From the NCBI GenBank assembly GCA_039978075.1, contig JBDWCA010000004.1, forward strand, positions 127,413 through 191,412: 64,000 nucleotides of DNA, read 5' to 3'. Below the pieces are notes generated by a model. The model was given only the letters and a program-made list of their open reading frames with translations, ran no database searches and was not told the origin of the DNA. Both the position numbers and the translations under genes were made by a program. Position 1 is the first letter of the stretch. Every line of letters starts with the position of its first letter. Shown here in pieces: positions 35,783 through 44,287 of the stretch. This stretch comes from Anderseniella sp. Lineage in GTDB: Bacteria > Pseudomonadota > Alphaproteobacteria > Rhizobiales > Aestuariivirgaceae.

Positions 35783-37321
35783 TCACTTCCACTTGGTGGT
35801 GTAAAAGCGCGGGATCTCGTCAGGTGTTGGTGAGAAGTCGAGATCCTTGGACCAAGCATAGTACTTGGCGTAGGTGAACATCGGCACCCAGTAGGCTTCT
35901 TTGGCAATCCGGGTGAACGCCTTCTTGTAGTTCTCGGTGCGTTCGGCCGGATCAATCGAGTTATCGGCAATCCCCAGATATTCCTTCACCTTGTCGTCCT
36001 TGGTGAGATCGTCGGGGCCGTGGGTGAAGAAGTTGCTGACAATCGCTGACACGTCCGGGATGGAATAAGAACCCCAGGTCATGTGATTGACCGGCGTGTT
36101 GCCTTTGCGCACCACGTCGCGCAAGGCGCGATACTGCATGAAGTTCAGCTTGGCCTTGATGCCCACTTTGGCAAGATCACCGATAACCGCTTCGGTGAAT
36201 TCGCGCTCGCGATATGCGTACAGGTCGAATTCAAAACCGCTCTCAAGACCGGCCTCCTTCAACAGAGCCTTCGCTTTTTCGGGGTCATAATTATAGGTTG
36301 GCACATCCTGGGCACAGCCGAACTGGTCGGGATGGCAGGCGGACGGAATGACAACCGATGCAGGGCCAACCAGGTTTTTGGTGATCGATTCACGGTTGAT
36401 CGCGTGCGAGAACGCCTGGCGTACGCGCTTGTCCTTGAAAAACTCCTGGCCGGACTGACCGAGAACATCAAATGCAAGGTAGGACACCCGGAATGTCTTG
36501 GCGTTTTCTACCGTTACCGCGGGGTTTTCACCCATGCGTTCTGCCTGTTCCTTGGGAACATCCCAGATCCAGTCAAGACCACCGGTGAGCAGTTCGGCAA
36601 TTGCCGTATTCATTTCCTTGATAGTGCGGAACCGGATCTTGCCGATTTGCGGCGTACCCTTCGGGCTGTCGGCGAAATAGGCGCCATTCTTCTCCATCAG
36701 CACATATTCGCCGGCCTTGATGTCGGACACCTTGTAGGGGCCTGTGCCGATCGGTTTTGCCGCCGCATAGTCCGGATTGCCGTCAGCTTTCTTGGGCACA
36801 TTGTCGTAATGACCAGACGGCATCATGTTGACCGCATTCGCCAGATAGGCAAAGGCAGGCGGGAACGGCTTTTTCAGATTGATCCGGACCGAGTGCGGCC
36901 CGAGTTTTTCGGCATTCTCGATCCAGCTCACATTGCGGTAAGTCAGAACGCCGTTGTCCTTGTTCGACACGTGATTGAGTGTGTAGACCACGTCATCGGC
37001 GTCAAAATCGGTTCCGTCGTGGAATTTTACGTCATCGCGCAATTCGAATTCGATGGCCTTGTCGCCATTCCATTTCCAGCTCTTGGCCAGCAGCGGCTTG
37101 AACTCACCGCTCTCGATGTCCCGGAACACCAGGCCGTCCCAGCCCATCTGCCCCATGATGACCAGCATGCGGGTGTTATTGTAATAAGGATCCACAACTG
37201 CCACTTCGCGGCTTGAGGCCCAGTTAAGGGTGTCATCGGACTTGCCGGCTTCGGCATTCTGGGTGATGGCGAGTGATAATGCTGCAACCCCTAAGGCAAG
37301 CATCGATTTTGGAAATTTCAT
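35783..37321 (-). CDS. ABC transporter substrate-binding protein, family 5 (DppA/OppA/GsiB-like)
   Basis: The ATG at 37321 (GGAG RBS) gives the signal peptide MKFPKSMLALGVAALSLAITQNAEA. The track ORF extends to 37408. Confidence 0.9.
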   Translation of the reverse strand: MKFPKSMLALGVAALSLAITQNAEAGKSDDTLNWASSREVAVVDPYYNNTRMLVIMGQMGWDGLVFRDIESGEFKPLLAKSWKWNGDKAIEFELRDDVKFHDGTDFDADDVVYTLNHVSNKDNGVLTYRNVSWIENAEKLGPHSVRINLKKPFPPAFAYLANAVNMMPSGHYDNVPKKADGNPDYAAAKPIGTGPYKVSDIKAGEYVLMEKNGAYFADSPKGTPQIGKIRFRTIKEMNTAIAELLTGGLDWIWDVPKEQAERMGENPAVTVENAKTFRVSYLAFDVLGQSGQEFFKDKRVRQAFSHAINRESITKNLVGPASVVIPSACHPDQFGCAQDVPTYNYDPEKAKALLKEAGLESGFEFDLYAYREREFTEAVIGDLAKVGIKAKLNFMQYRALRDVVRKGNTPVNHMTWGSYSIPDVSAIVSNFFTHGPDDLTKDDKVKEYLGIADNSIDPAERTENYKKAFTRIAKEAYWVPMFTYAKYYAWSKDLDFSPTPDEIPRFYTTKWK

Positions 37322-37461
37322 AGGTACTCCTGGTCCACAGTTCACTAGGTTGACGTTGCCCTGAGCCCTCATTCTCAAGCCGTGAACTGCCGAGTGTCCA
37401 CAGTTCATTCAGTCAGCGCAAGCCCACAGGGTGGAAAATTTGAGACTGTCGTCACTTTTGC

Positions 37462-37765
37462 CTAGAGCGCCTGGCGATTGAATTAGACCATTTGACTGCG
37501 GCGATTTTGGTCGCTGGCTAGGCCGATTGCACGCCGTGGTGTGGCCTCACCACAAGTGCGATCCAACGACGCCAGGGGGCAAAATCGCCCGGCCCCATGC
37601 ACCAATGTCATCAACATATTTGTATCTATCGGGGTGGGGAAAATTGGTCCATCGGCGTCGTTGCGCCGCTTGCGCGATGCACTACATCGCGCTGCGCACC
37701 GCGCCTAGCCGAGTGAACTGATTTTCCGCCATCAAATGATCCAATTCAATCGCCCGGCGCTGTAG
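37462..37765. repeat. MITE-like element: about 34-bp imperfect terminal inverted repeats flanking about 236 bp of non-coding sequence
   Basis: Left arm: CTAGAGCGCCTGGCGATTGAATTAGACCATTTGA (37462-37495). The reverse complement of the right arm (37732-37765) is CTACAGCGCCGGGCGATTGAATTGGATCATTTGA. By hand count 30 of 34 positions match. Confidence 0.55.
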
Positions 37766-37863
37766 CGCTGAAATTCCGGTCTTGCGTGGTTTGTTGATTG
37801 GCGTAATGCTGACGACTTCATTCCTGCGGCGTCTTCAGGCGCCAGTCCCGAAAGACGATTTGC

Positions 37864-38802
37864 TTGTCTGATTCACAGACGACAAAGGCGGTGCCCGGCA
37901 TCCGTAATGATCCCATTGCCGGGGCACTCTGGATGCTTGTCTCATGTGCACTGCTTGCAGGCGTGGCTGCGATTGGGCGCTATCTGACCAGTGTTGACGT
38001 GCACCCGTTCCAGGTGGTGTTCCTGAGGGTATTGTTTGCATTCGTTACCATGCTGCCACTGCTTGCGTTCCGTGGTGCAGAACTGTTTCGCACAGCCCAG
38101 CCGAAGATCTATATCTGGCGAGTGATCAGTGCGACTATTGCCATGACCACCTGGTTTTCAGCCCTTGCCCTGCTGCCGGTCGGCGAAGTTACCGCGATCA
38201 GCTTTCTGACGCCGATTTTTGCAACCATCGGCGCAGCCCTGTTCTTGAGCGAAGTGGTCAGGGTGAGGCGCTGGATTGCCACTCTCATCGGATTCACCGG
38301 GGTGCTGATCATCTTGCGGCCGGGTTTCGAAAGTCTGGGCGCCGGCGCGTTGCTGGCGATTGTGTCGGCTTTCGCCATGGGGGTAACATCGATTATCCTG
38401 AAGCACATGACGGCAAAGGACGATCCAGACAAGATTGTCTTCATATCGACTACGCTTCTGGTCCCGATGACCAGTATCGCTGCGGTGTTCGTGTGGGACA
38501 GTCTGACCTATCAGCAATGGCTGCTGCTGTTTGGGATGGGACTGATAGCGACCCTGGGCCATCTGACCCTGGTCCGGGCATTTGCCGCGACCGAGGCTTC
38601 AATCGTCGTCGGGTTTGATTTCGCGCGACTGCCCTTCGCTGTGCTGTTTGGATATCTTGCACTGGGCGAGCTGATCGACATCTGGACCTGGGTTGGGGCA
38701 GGGGTCATTTTTGTGTCGACGGTCTATATTGCCCGACGGGAGGCACAGTTGAAGCGCCAGACGGCCGTGGCCGGTGTCGGTGTGCCGTCACCGCGTTCCT
38801 AG
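37864..38802 (+). CDS. DMT superfamily (EamA-like) transporter
   Basis: 312 aa, about 10 TM segments with a duplicated EamA pattern. The TTG start is uncertain. Confidence 0.85.
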   Translation: MSDSQTTKAVPGIRNDPIAGALWMLVSCALLAGVAAIGRYLTSVDVHPFQVVFLRVLFAFVTMLPLLAFRGAELFRTAQPKIYIWRVISATIAMTTWFSALALLPVGEVTAISFLTPIFATIGAALFLSEVVRVRRWIATLIGFTGVLIILRPGFESLGAGALLAIVSAFAMGVTSIILKHMTAKDDPDKIVFISTTLLVPMTSIAAVFVWDSLTYQQWLLLFGMGLIATLGHLTLVRAFAATEASIVVGFDFARLPFAVLFGYLALGELIDIWTWVGAGVIFVSTVYIARREAQLKRQTAVAGVGVPSPRS

Positions 38803-38835
38803 TTCACGTAATGTCATGATTGGCATGGCCAGCAA

Positions 38836-38857
38836 GGCAATCCCCCGAGGGCTTGCC
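38836..38857 (+). terminator. weak hairpin downstream of the DMT gene
   Basis: GGCAATCCC-CCGA-GGGCTTGCC (one mismatch). A T-rich run follows only about 10 nt later. Confidence 0.3.
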
Positions 38858-38890
38858 CCGGGGGTCTGTTTGTTTGCAGTTGCCGGTGTC

Positions 38891-40873
38891 TTAGTTCCGG
38901 TTCGCCAGCAGTGGCGTTATGCGGCGCAAGGTAACCCTGCGATTTTCCGCTTCGGCTTCCTGGGTCGGGATCTTCAGATACGCTTCACCACGCCCGACTG
39001 TGGACAGGTTGTCTTCACCGATCTCAAAGTAGTCCAGCAATGCCTTTTTGACTGCTTCGGCTCTTTCGGTCGACAGCGCTCTGTTTGCCTCGCTGCCACC
39101 AACGGCATCGGTGTGTCCTTCGATCAGGTACACCTCGTTCGGATTGCTGGCGACAATCCGTTCGATAATACCGCCAATCCGATCCAGTTTGGGCACTTCC
39201 TCGGTGCGCAGGAAGCCTTCGCCGAAGCCAAACCGGATGGTGTCAACCTCAATCCCCGGTACCGAATACCGGAGCCGGGGCTGTTCAACGAAATCGTTGA
39301 TGCGGTAGCGCGGTTCTACCTTTACCAGCGGCGCTGACACCAGCCAGTCCTCCAGTTCCTCGTCATAGGCTTCAGCGGCAGTTATGGTCGGACGCGATGC
39401 AATCAGTACGCCCGCAACCAGGCCGACACCTGCGCCAATGGCGATTGCCTCTCCGGTGCTCAGACCCTTCTTGCGCCGCTTGCGTCTGTCCACAAGGCGC
39501 TGGCTGAGTGCATCGCGGTCTTCTTCAAGCCGCGCCCTGATCTGGCTTTTTTCATCTCCGGACAGATTTTTAATTGTCAGGGCGCGCCGGTTGGCGTCAA
39601 TACGGCGCTCCAGCGCATTGGTGGTGAGGTCGCTGGCCGGACGCGAATCTCCGATCAGATCCCCGACTGTCATCTTGCCTGCCTTTGCCTCCGGCAGGTC
39701 ATTGGACCTTCCTGAATCATCCGGATCAACAGCGGCAGTCTGTTTCGGTTTTTTCTTCGCAGCGACCCTCTGGCGAATCTCGGCAGTGTCTTTTGACAGG
39801 TTAGCGCGTAACTGTTCGGTAGATGCTTCGGACAGGCCTTCAGATGCCAGTACGCCGCGTGTCTGCTTGATGCGCTGACGCAAGGCCTTGTCGTCCAGTT
39901 CGGCTGCCGGGCGGGTATCAGCGGTAATTTTTGCCGCTTCCGCATCTGCGGCGCCTGCTTCAACCTTCACACCTGTCGCAGCAGCAATACGGGCGTTCAA
40001 TTCTGCCGTATCAGCATCTGCCTTGGCCTGCAGGCGGGCTTTCTGCTTTTTCTTGGCTGTGTCGCCGTCCTTCAATTCACCTGCGGCCTGGATGCGCTGG
40101 CGCAATTCGGCATCGGTGAGTTCTGCCGGCGGGCGTTTGTCCCCCAGGACAGATTTGACCGTTGTTTCAGGTTTGGGATCTTCTGCCGGTTGAGCCTGCT
40201 GCTGCGTCGGTTCATCCGTTTGCGGTTGTGCTGCATTACTCTTAGCTGGATCAGTTGCTTTTGGAGTTGGTGCTGCTTCCTGTTTGGCGGGGTCTGTCTC
40301 TGGCGCAGGTGCTGCTTCCTGTTTCGCAGGGTCAGTTTCAGGTGCCGGTGCCGCTTCCTGCTTGGCAGGTTCAGCTTCAGGCGCCGGTGCGGCGTCCTGT
40401 TTGACAGGCTGTTCTTCTTTCGCCTTCTCTTTCTTCGCCTTTTTCTTCTTTTTTTCCGGTTGCGCTTCTTCTTCCTTTACAGGTTTCGGTGCCGCAGCAG
40501 CGTCACTTTTGGCTGGATCGGCTTCCGGTGCCGGCGCAGCTTGCTCGGCCGCAGGTTGTTCGTCTTCCGCCTTTTGCTTCTTCGCTTTTTTCTTCTTTAC
40601 CGGTTGCGCCTCTTCTTCCTTCACAGGTTCAGGCGCTGCAGCCGCATCGTTCTTTGCGGGCTCGGCATCTGCCGCCGGAGCTTGCTCTTTAGCGGGTTCT
40701 GGATCCTGCTTGGCAGTGTCAGCGGCGGGTGCATCCTGTTTGGTGCCTTCTTCGGCCGCAGGCTGGGCTTGCTCCTGAGCCGGTTCGGTGGCTGTGGTTT
40801 GCGCCCAGACTGCCGTAATGGACGACACGGTGATGGCCAGTGCCAAGAGACTGACGGAATATCTGTTCTTCAT
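38891..40873 (-). CDS. OmpA-domain protein with a long Pro/Ala/Glu/Lys-rich repetitive region
   Basis: The ATG at 40873 (GAGGAAAC RBS) gives the signal-like N-terminus MKNRYSVSLLALAITVSSITAVWAQ. The C-terminal OmpA_C motif is LIEGHTDAVGGSEANRALSTERAEAVKKAL...RRVTL. Confidence 0.88.
   Translation of the reverse strand: MKNRYSVSLLALAITVSSITAVWAQTTATEPAQEQAQPAAEEGTKQDAPAADTAKQDPEPAKEQAPAADAEPAKNDAAAAPEPVKEEEAQPVKKKKAKKQKAEDEQPAAEQAAPAPEADPAKSDAAAAPKPVKEEEAQPEKKKKKAKKEKAKEEQPVKQDAAPAPEAEPAKQEAAPAPETDPAKQEAAPAPETDPAKQEAAPTPKATDPAKSNAAQPQTDEPTQQQAQPAEDPKPETTVKSVLGDKRPPAELTDAELRQRIQAAGELKDGDTAKKKQKARLQAKADADTAELNARIAAATGVKVEAGAADAEAAKITADTRPAAELDDKALRQRIKQTRGVLASEGLSEASTEQLRANLSKDTAEIRQRVAAKKKPKQTAAVDPDDSGRSNDLPEAKAGKMTVGDLIGDSRPASDLTTNALERRIDANRRALTIKNLSGDEKSQIRARLEEDRDALSQRLVDRRKRRKKGLSTGEAIAIGAGVGLVAGVLIASRPTITAAEAYDEELEDWLVSAPLVKVEPRYRINDFVEQPRLRYSVPGIEVDTIRFGFGEGFLRTEEVPKLDRIGGIIERIVASNPNEVYLIEGHTDAVGGSEANRALSTERAEAVKKALLDYFEIGEDNLSTVGRGEAYLKIPTQEAEAENRRVTLRRITPLLANRN
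40262..40417. repeat. coding tandem repeat, 39 bp x 4
   Basis: The anchor GCTGCTTCCTGTTT recurs at 40272, 40311, 40350 and 40389. It encodes PAKQEAAPAPETD-type 13-aa units of the OmpA-domain protein. Confidence 0.8.
40412..40700. repeat. coding tandem repeat, about 144 bp x 2
   Basis: CCGGTTGCGC(T/C)TCTTCTTCCTT recurs at 40456 and 40600, with a 3-nt indel upstream. It encodes AAAAP(E/K)PVKEEEAQP(V/E)KKKK... units. Confidence 0.75.
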
Positions 40874-41429
40874 GATTGTTTCCTCTGTAGGCAGCCTGAA
40901 AGCCGCCTGGTGCAAAATCCATTTCCCCGGTAGTCAATTCAACGCCTGTGCGCGCAAGTGGTTCCATCCGGTGCAATATCGGGTGATGGTGTGCCTCTTG
41001 ATTTCGAGGCGACCGGCATCCGCTTCCCGTCCGGAGTGATACTGAATTCGCAGCGTTGTCTTGTTGTCTCCAAAGAATTTTGCCCGTCTCAACTGTTCAG
41101 GTGCATGCGAACTGCGGCGGCAATAAGGTTGTTTCCGGCTTGGCATCCGGGTGCAACCGGTTGTGGGTCTGGCGGTATTCCATGCAGTTGCGGGCATAAC
41201 CTGTTCAGCTTTCTCAACAGAATTTGCCCGCAGGCGGACACACGTAAGCACCCGATGCAGCCTGTAGCAGTTGCAGTTTCCAGGGTCAGTATTCAAAAAA
41301 AACAGTGCAGGTGTACGGGTTTATGTGAACCCGTGTTGCTCTTGTCGGTGATGCCGCCTATACAGACGGTTCATGCGCCTAGATGTGATTGCGTGTGATT
41401 GATTCACCCCTTTTTGCAGATAAAAACCG

Positions 41430-42710
41430 ATGTTTGATATTCGCTGGATTCGTGAAAACGCTCATGCATTTGATGCCGGCCTTGCCCTGCGGGGCACAGA
41501 GCCGCATGCAGCCCGTCTTATGGAGCTTGATGAGGCCCGCCGGACTCATCTGCAGAAGCTTCAGGACGCCCAGTCGCGGCGCAACTCCGCGTCGAAGGAA
41601 ATCGGTCAGGCCATGGGGGCAGGTGACACGGAGAAGGCGGACGCCCTCAAAGCCGAAGTTGGCGCTCTCAAAGGCGTCATACAGTCAGGTGAGGAAGAGG
41701 AACGTCGCATTGACGAAGAACTCAACGCCATCTTGTGTACATTGCCTAATCTGCCGCTAAGTGAAGTACCGGCCGGCAAGGACGAAGCCGACAATGTCGA
41801 GGTTCGCCGGGTCGGCGAAGCGAGGCCGTTGAATTTCGAGGCCAGGCAGCATTTTGATATTGGCGAAGCTCTCGGCCTGATGGATTTTGAGACGGCAGCG
41901 AAGATGTCTGGCGCCAGGTTCACCGTGCTGAAAGGCGGACTTGCCCGGCTGGAGCGTGCCATCGGCCAGTTCATGCTCGACATGCAGACTGCCGAGCATG
42001 GCTATACGGAAGTGAACCCGCCTTTGCTGGTGCGTGATGAAGCCCTGTTTGGCACAGGCCAATTGCCGAAGTTTGCCGATGACCTGTTTCATACCACGGA
42101 CGACCGCTGGCTGATTCCGACCTCTGAGGTACCTCTGACCAATCTGGTGCGGGAACGCATTCTGGAAACAGACGAGTTACCGGTCCGGGTGACGGCACTG
42201 ACGCCGTGTTTCCGCGCGGAAGCCGGCGCTGCGGGCCGAGACACCCGAGGAATGATCCGCCAGCACCAGTTCTGGAAGGTTGAGATGGTGTCTGTCACGG
42301 CGCCTGAGACATCGCGTGATGAACTGAACCGCATGACCGGTTGTGCTGAAGAAGTCCTGAAACGTCTTGAGCTGCCGTACCGGGTTATGGCCTTGTGTGC
42401 CGGTGACATGGGGTTTGGGGCGCAGATGACCTATGACATAGAAGTCTGGTTACCGGGCCAGGACGCCTATCGCGAGATTTCCAGTTGTTCGGTGTGTGGT
42501 GATTTCCAGGCACGGCGCATGAACGCGCGTGTGCGCGAAGAGACCGGCAAGGGCACCCGTTTCGTTCATACGCTGAACGGGTCGGGCCTTGCGGTTGGTC
42601 GCACATTGATTGCGGTTATGGAGAACTACCAGCAGGCTGATGGCACAATCGCCATCCCTGAAGCGCTCAAAGCTTACATGGGTGGCATTGATGCCATTGG
42701 GCCTGCATGA
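41430..42710 (+). CDS. serS: serine--tRNA ligase
   Basis: 426 aa with an N-terminal coiled-coil arm and class II motifs ([42 protein letters not shown]). Confidence 0.95.
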   Translation: MFDIRWIRENAHAFDAGLALRGTEPHAARLMELDEARRTHLQKLQDAQSRRNSASKEIGQAMGAGDTEKADALKAEVGALKGVIQSGEEEERRIDEELNAILCTLPNLPLSEVPAGKDEADNVEVRRVGEARPLNFEARQHFDIGEALGLMDFETAAKMSGARFTVLKGGLARLERAIGQFMLDMQTAEHGYTEVNPPLLVRDEALFGTGQLPKFADDLFHTTDDRWLIPTSEVPLTNLVRERILETDELPVRVTALTPCFRAEAGAAGRDTRGMIRQHQFWKVEMVSVTAPETSRDELNRMTGCAEEVLKRLELPYRVMALCAGDMGFGAQMTYDIEVWLPGQDAYREISSCSVCGDFQARRMNARVREETGKGTRFVHTLNGSGLAVGRTLIAVMENYQQADGTIAIPEALKAYMGGIDAIGPA

Positions 42711-43492
42711 TGCTGAGCCGATCGAATGGTGAGCCTTACCGTATTCTGCTGGCCAATGATGACGGCATCAATGCGCCTGGTCTTGAAGTGCTGGAATCTA
42801 TCGCAGCCGAACTCAGCGATGATGTCTGGGTGGTGGCGCCGGAGAGTGAGCAATCCGGGGCAGGGCGGTCCATCTCCCTGTCACGCCCGTTGCGGATGCG
42901 CGAGCTTGGCCCGCGCCGGTTTGCGGTCGACGGTACACCGGCTGACAGTGTGTTGATGGGAGTGCGCCACATCATGCCGGATGTGCCGGATCTGATCCTG
43001 TCCGGTGTCAATCGTGGCCAGAACATTGCCGATGATGTGACCTATTCCGGCACCATTGCTGCCGCGATGGAGGGAACCGCCCTGGGCATCCGTTCGATGG
43101 CACTCAGCCAGACGTATGGCATCGCGGGACGCAATGTGCCGTGGGATACCGGACGCAGCCTCGGTGCGCAGGTTGTGAAAGATCTTTTGCAGACCAGGGC
43201 TGAACCGGGGGTCTTGCTGAATGTCAATTTTCCAGACTGCGATGTCAGTGACGTCAAAGGTGTTCAATACACCCGACAGGGTCAGCGCGACCAGAATCTC
43301 CTGATGCTGGATCAGCGAACCGATGCGCGTGGGCGCGATTATTTCTGGATCGGTTTCAAGCGCCAGCAGTCAAACCCGCCCGCAGGCACTGACCTGCATG
43401 CCGTCTATAATGGTTTTGTGTCGGTAACACCTCTGCACACCAACCTGACGCAGGTTGATCTGCTTGCAGAATTGCAATCCGGCCAGACTTAA
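42707..43492 (+). CDS. surE: 5'/3'-nucleotidase SurE
   Basis: [14 protein letters not shown]. Its start overlaps the serS stop by 4 nt. Confidence 0.93.
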   Translation: MMLSRSNGEPYRILLANDDGINAPGLEVLESIAAELSDDVWVVAPESEQSGAGRSISLSRPLRMRELGPRRFAVDGTPADSVLMGVRHIMPDVPDLILSGVNRGQNIADDVTYSGTIAAAMEGTALGIRSMALSQTYGIAGRNVPWDTGRSLGAQVVKDLLQTRAEPGVLLNVNFPDCDVSDVKGVQYTRQGQRDQNLLMLDQRTDARGRDYFWIGFKRQQSNPPAGTDLHAVYNGFVSVTPLHTNLTQVDLLAELQSGQT

Positions 43493-43506
43493 GGCACGAC
43501 AGCACC

Positions 43507-44151
43507 ATGACGGCGACAGATCAACAGAAGATTGAACTCATCATGGGGCTGAGATCGCGGGGCATTCGCGATACCAGGGTGCTGGAGGCAATTGAGACTG
43601 TGCCGCGCGAAGTGTTCGTGCCGGATGCCTTTCAGGACCTGGCCTATGCTGACCAGGCCTTGCCGATTGAATGCGGACAAACCCTGTCGCAACCGTTCAT
43701 TGTGGCGTTCATGACCGAGAAGCTGAAAGTCGGCGAGCGCATGAAAGTGCTGGAGATCGGAACCGGCAGCGGATATCAGACCGTGATCCTGGCCCAGCTC
43801 TGCCGTCGAATTTATACGATCGAGCGATATCGTACATTGCTCAAGTCCGCTGAACGTCGCTTCACCGCGCTTCGGCAGGCCAACATTACAACCCTGCTTG
43901 GTGACGGGAACAAGGGCTGGCCCAAGCAGGCGCCATTCGAGCGGATCATCGTGACAGCAGCCGCGCCGCAATTACCGCGCCAACTGATCGAACAACTGGC
44001 AGTTGGTGGTATTCTCATTGTTCCGGTTGAAGTGTCTCCAGGGACGCAGGAGATTTTGCGAATTACCCGAACGGAAGACGATTTTACCCGCGAAAGCTTA
44101 ATGCCTGTCCGCTTTGTTCCACTGGTAGACGGCATTGCCAGAGGTATGTAA
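43507..44151 (+). CDS. pcm: protein-L-isoaspartate O-methyltransferase
   Basis: SAM motif VLEIGTGSGYQT. Confidence 0.93.
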   Translation: MTATDQQKIELIMGLRSRGIRDTRVLEAIETVPREVFVPDAFQDLAYADQALPIECGQTLSQPFIVAFMTEKLKVGERMKVLEIGTGSGYQTVILAQLCRRIYTIERYRTLLKSAERRFTALRQANITTLLGDGNKGWPKQAPFERIIVTAAAPQLPRQLIEQLAVGGILIVPVEVSPGTQEILRITRTEDDFTRESLMPVRFVPLVDGIARGM

Positions 44152-44287
44152 CTCCCGATTTTCTGCTGTTTTTAAAAAATACAGGCAAAAAAAGAAGTGG
44201 TTCTTTAACTGATAAACTCCTCCTTAACCTAAACCGTTCACTATCGGCTCCAGTCCAGTTTGTAAGTTCTGTGTTTGGGGTAAGGGT

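Noticed and set aside
37527-37721. 64-aa ORF inside the inverted-repeat element
   Set aside because: It has no RBS and a composition rich in His/Cys/Arg. It is far too small for a transposase, and the element is better described as non-autonomous.
40262-40700. Regularly spaced direct repeats that could suggest a CRISPR array
   Set aside because: The repeats are contiguous with no unique spacers. Their periods (39 and about 144 bp) are multiples of three, and they lie inside an open reading frame encoding a low-complexity protein region.
40190-40933. 247-aa and 164-aa plus-strand ORFs full of Phe/Leu/Arg/Cys or Ala/Ser/Gly repeats
   Set aside because: They are the antisense reading of the tandem repeats in the OmpA-domain gene. 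The minus-strand frame has a signal peptide, an RBS and a bona fide OmpA_C domain.
20423-41429. Search for integrase, transposase, tRNA or phage genes that would mark the 21-kb block as a classical genomic island
   Set aside because: None of the ORFs in the block shows recombinase or transposase motifs and no tRNA-like sequence was seen. The block is therefore reported only as a synteny break.
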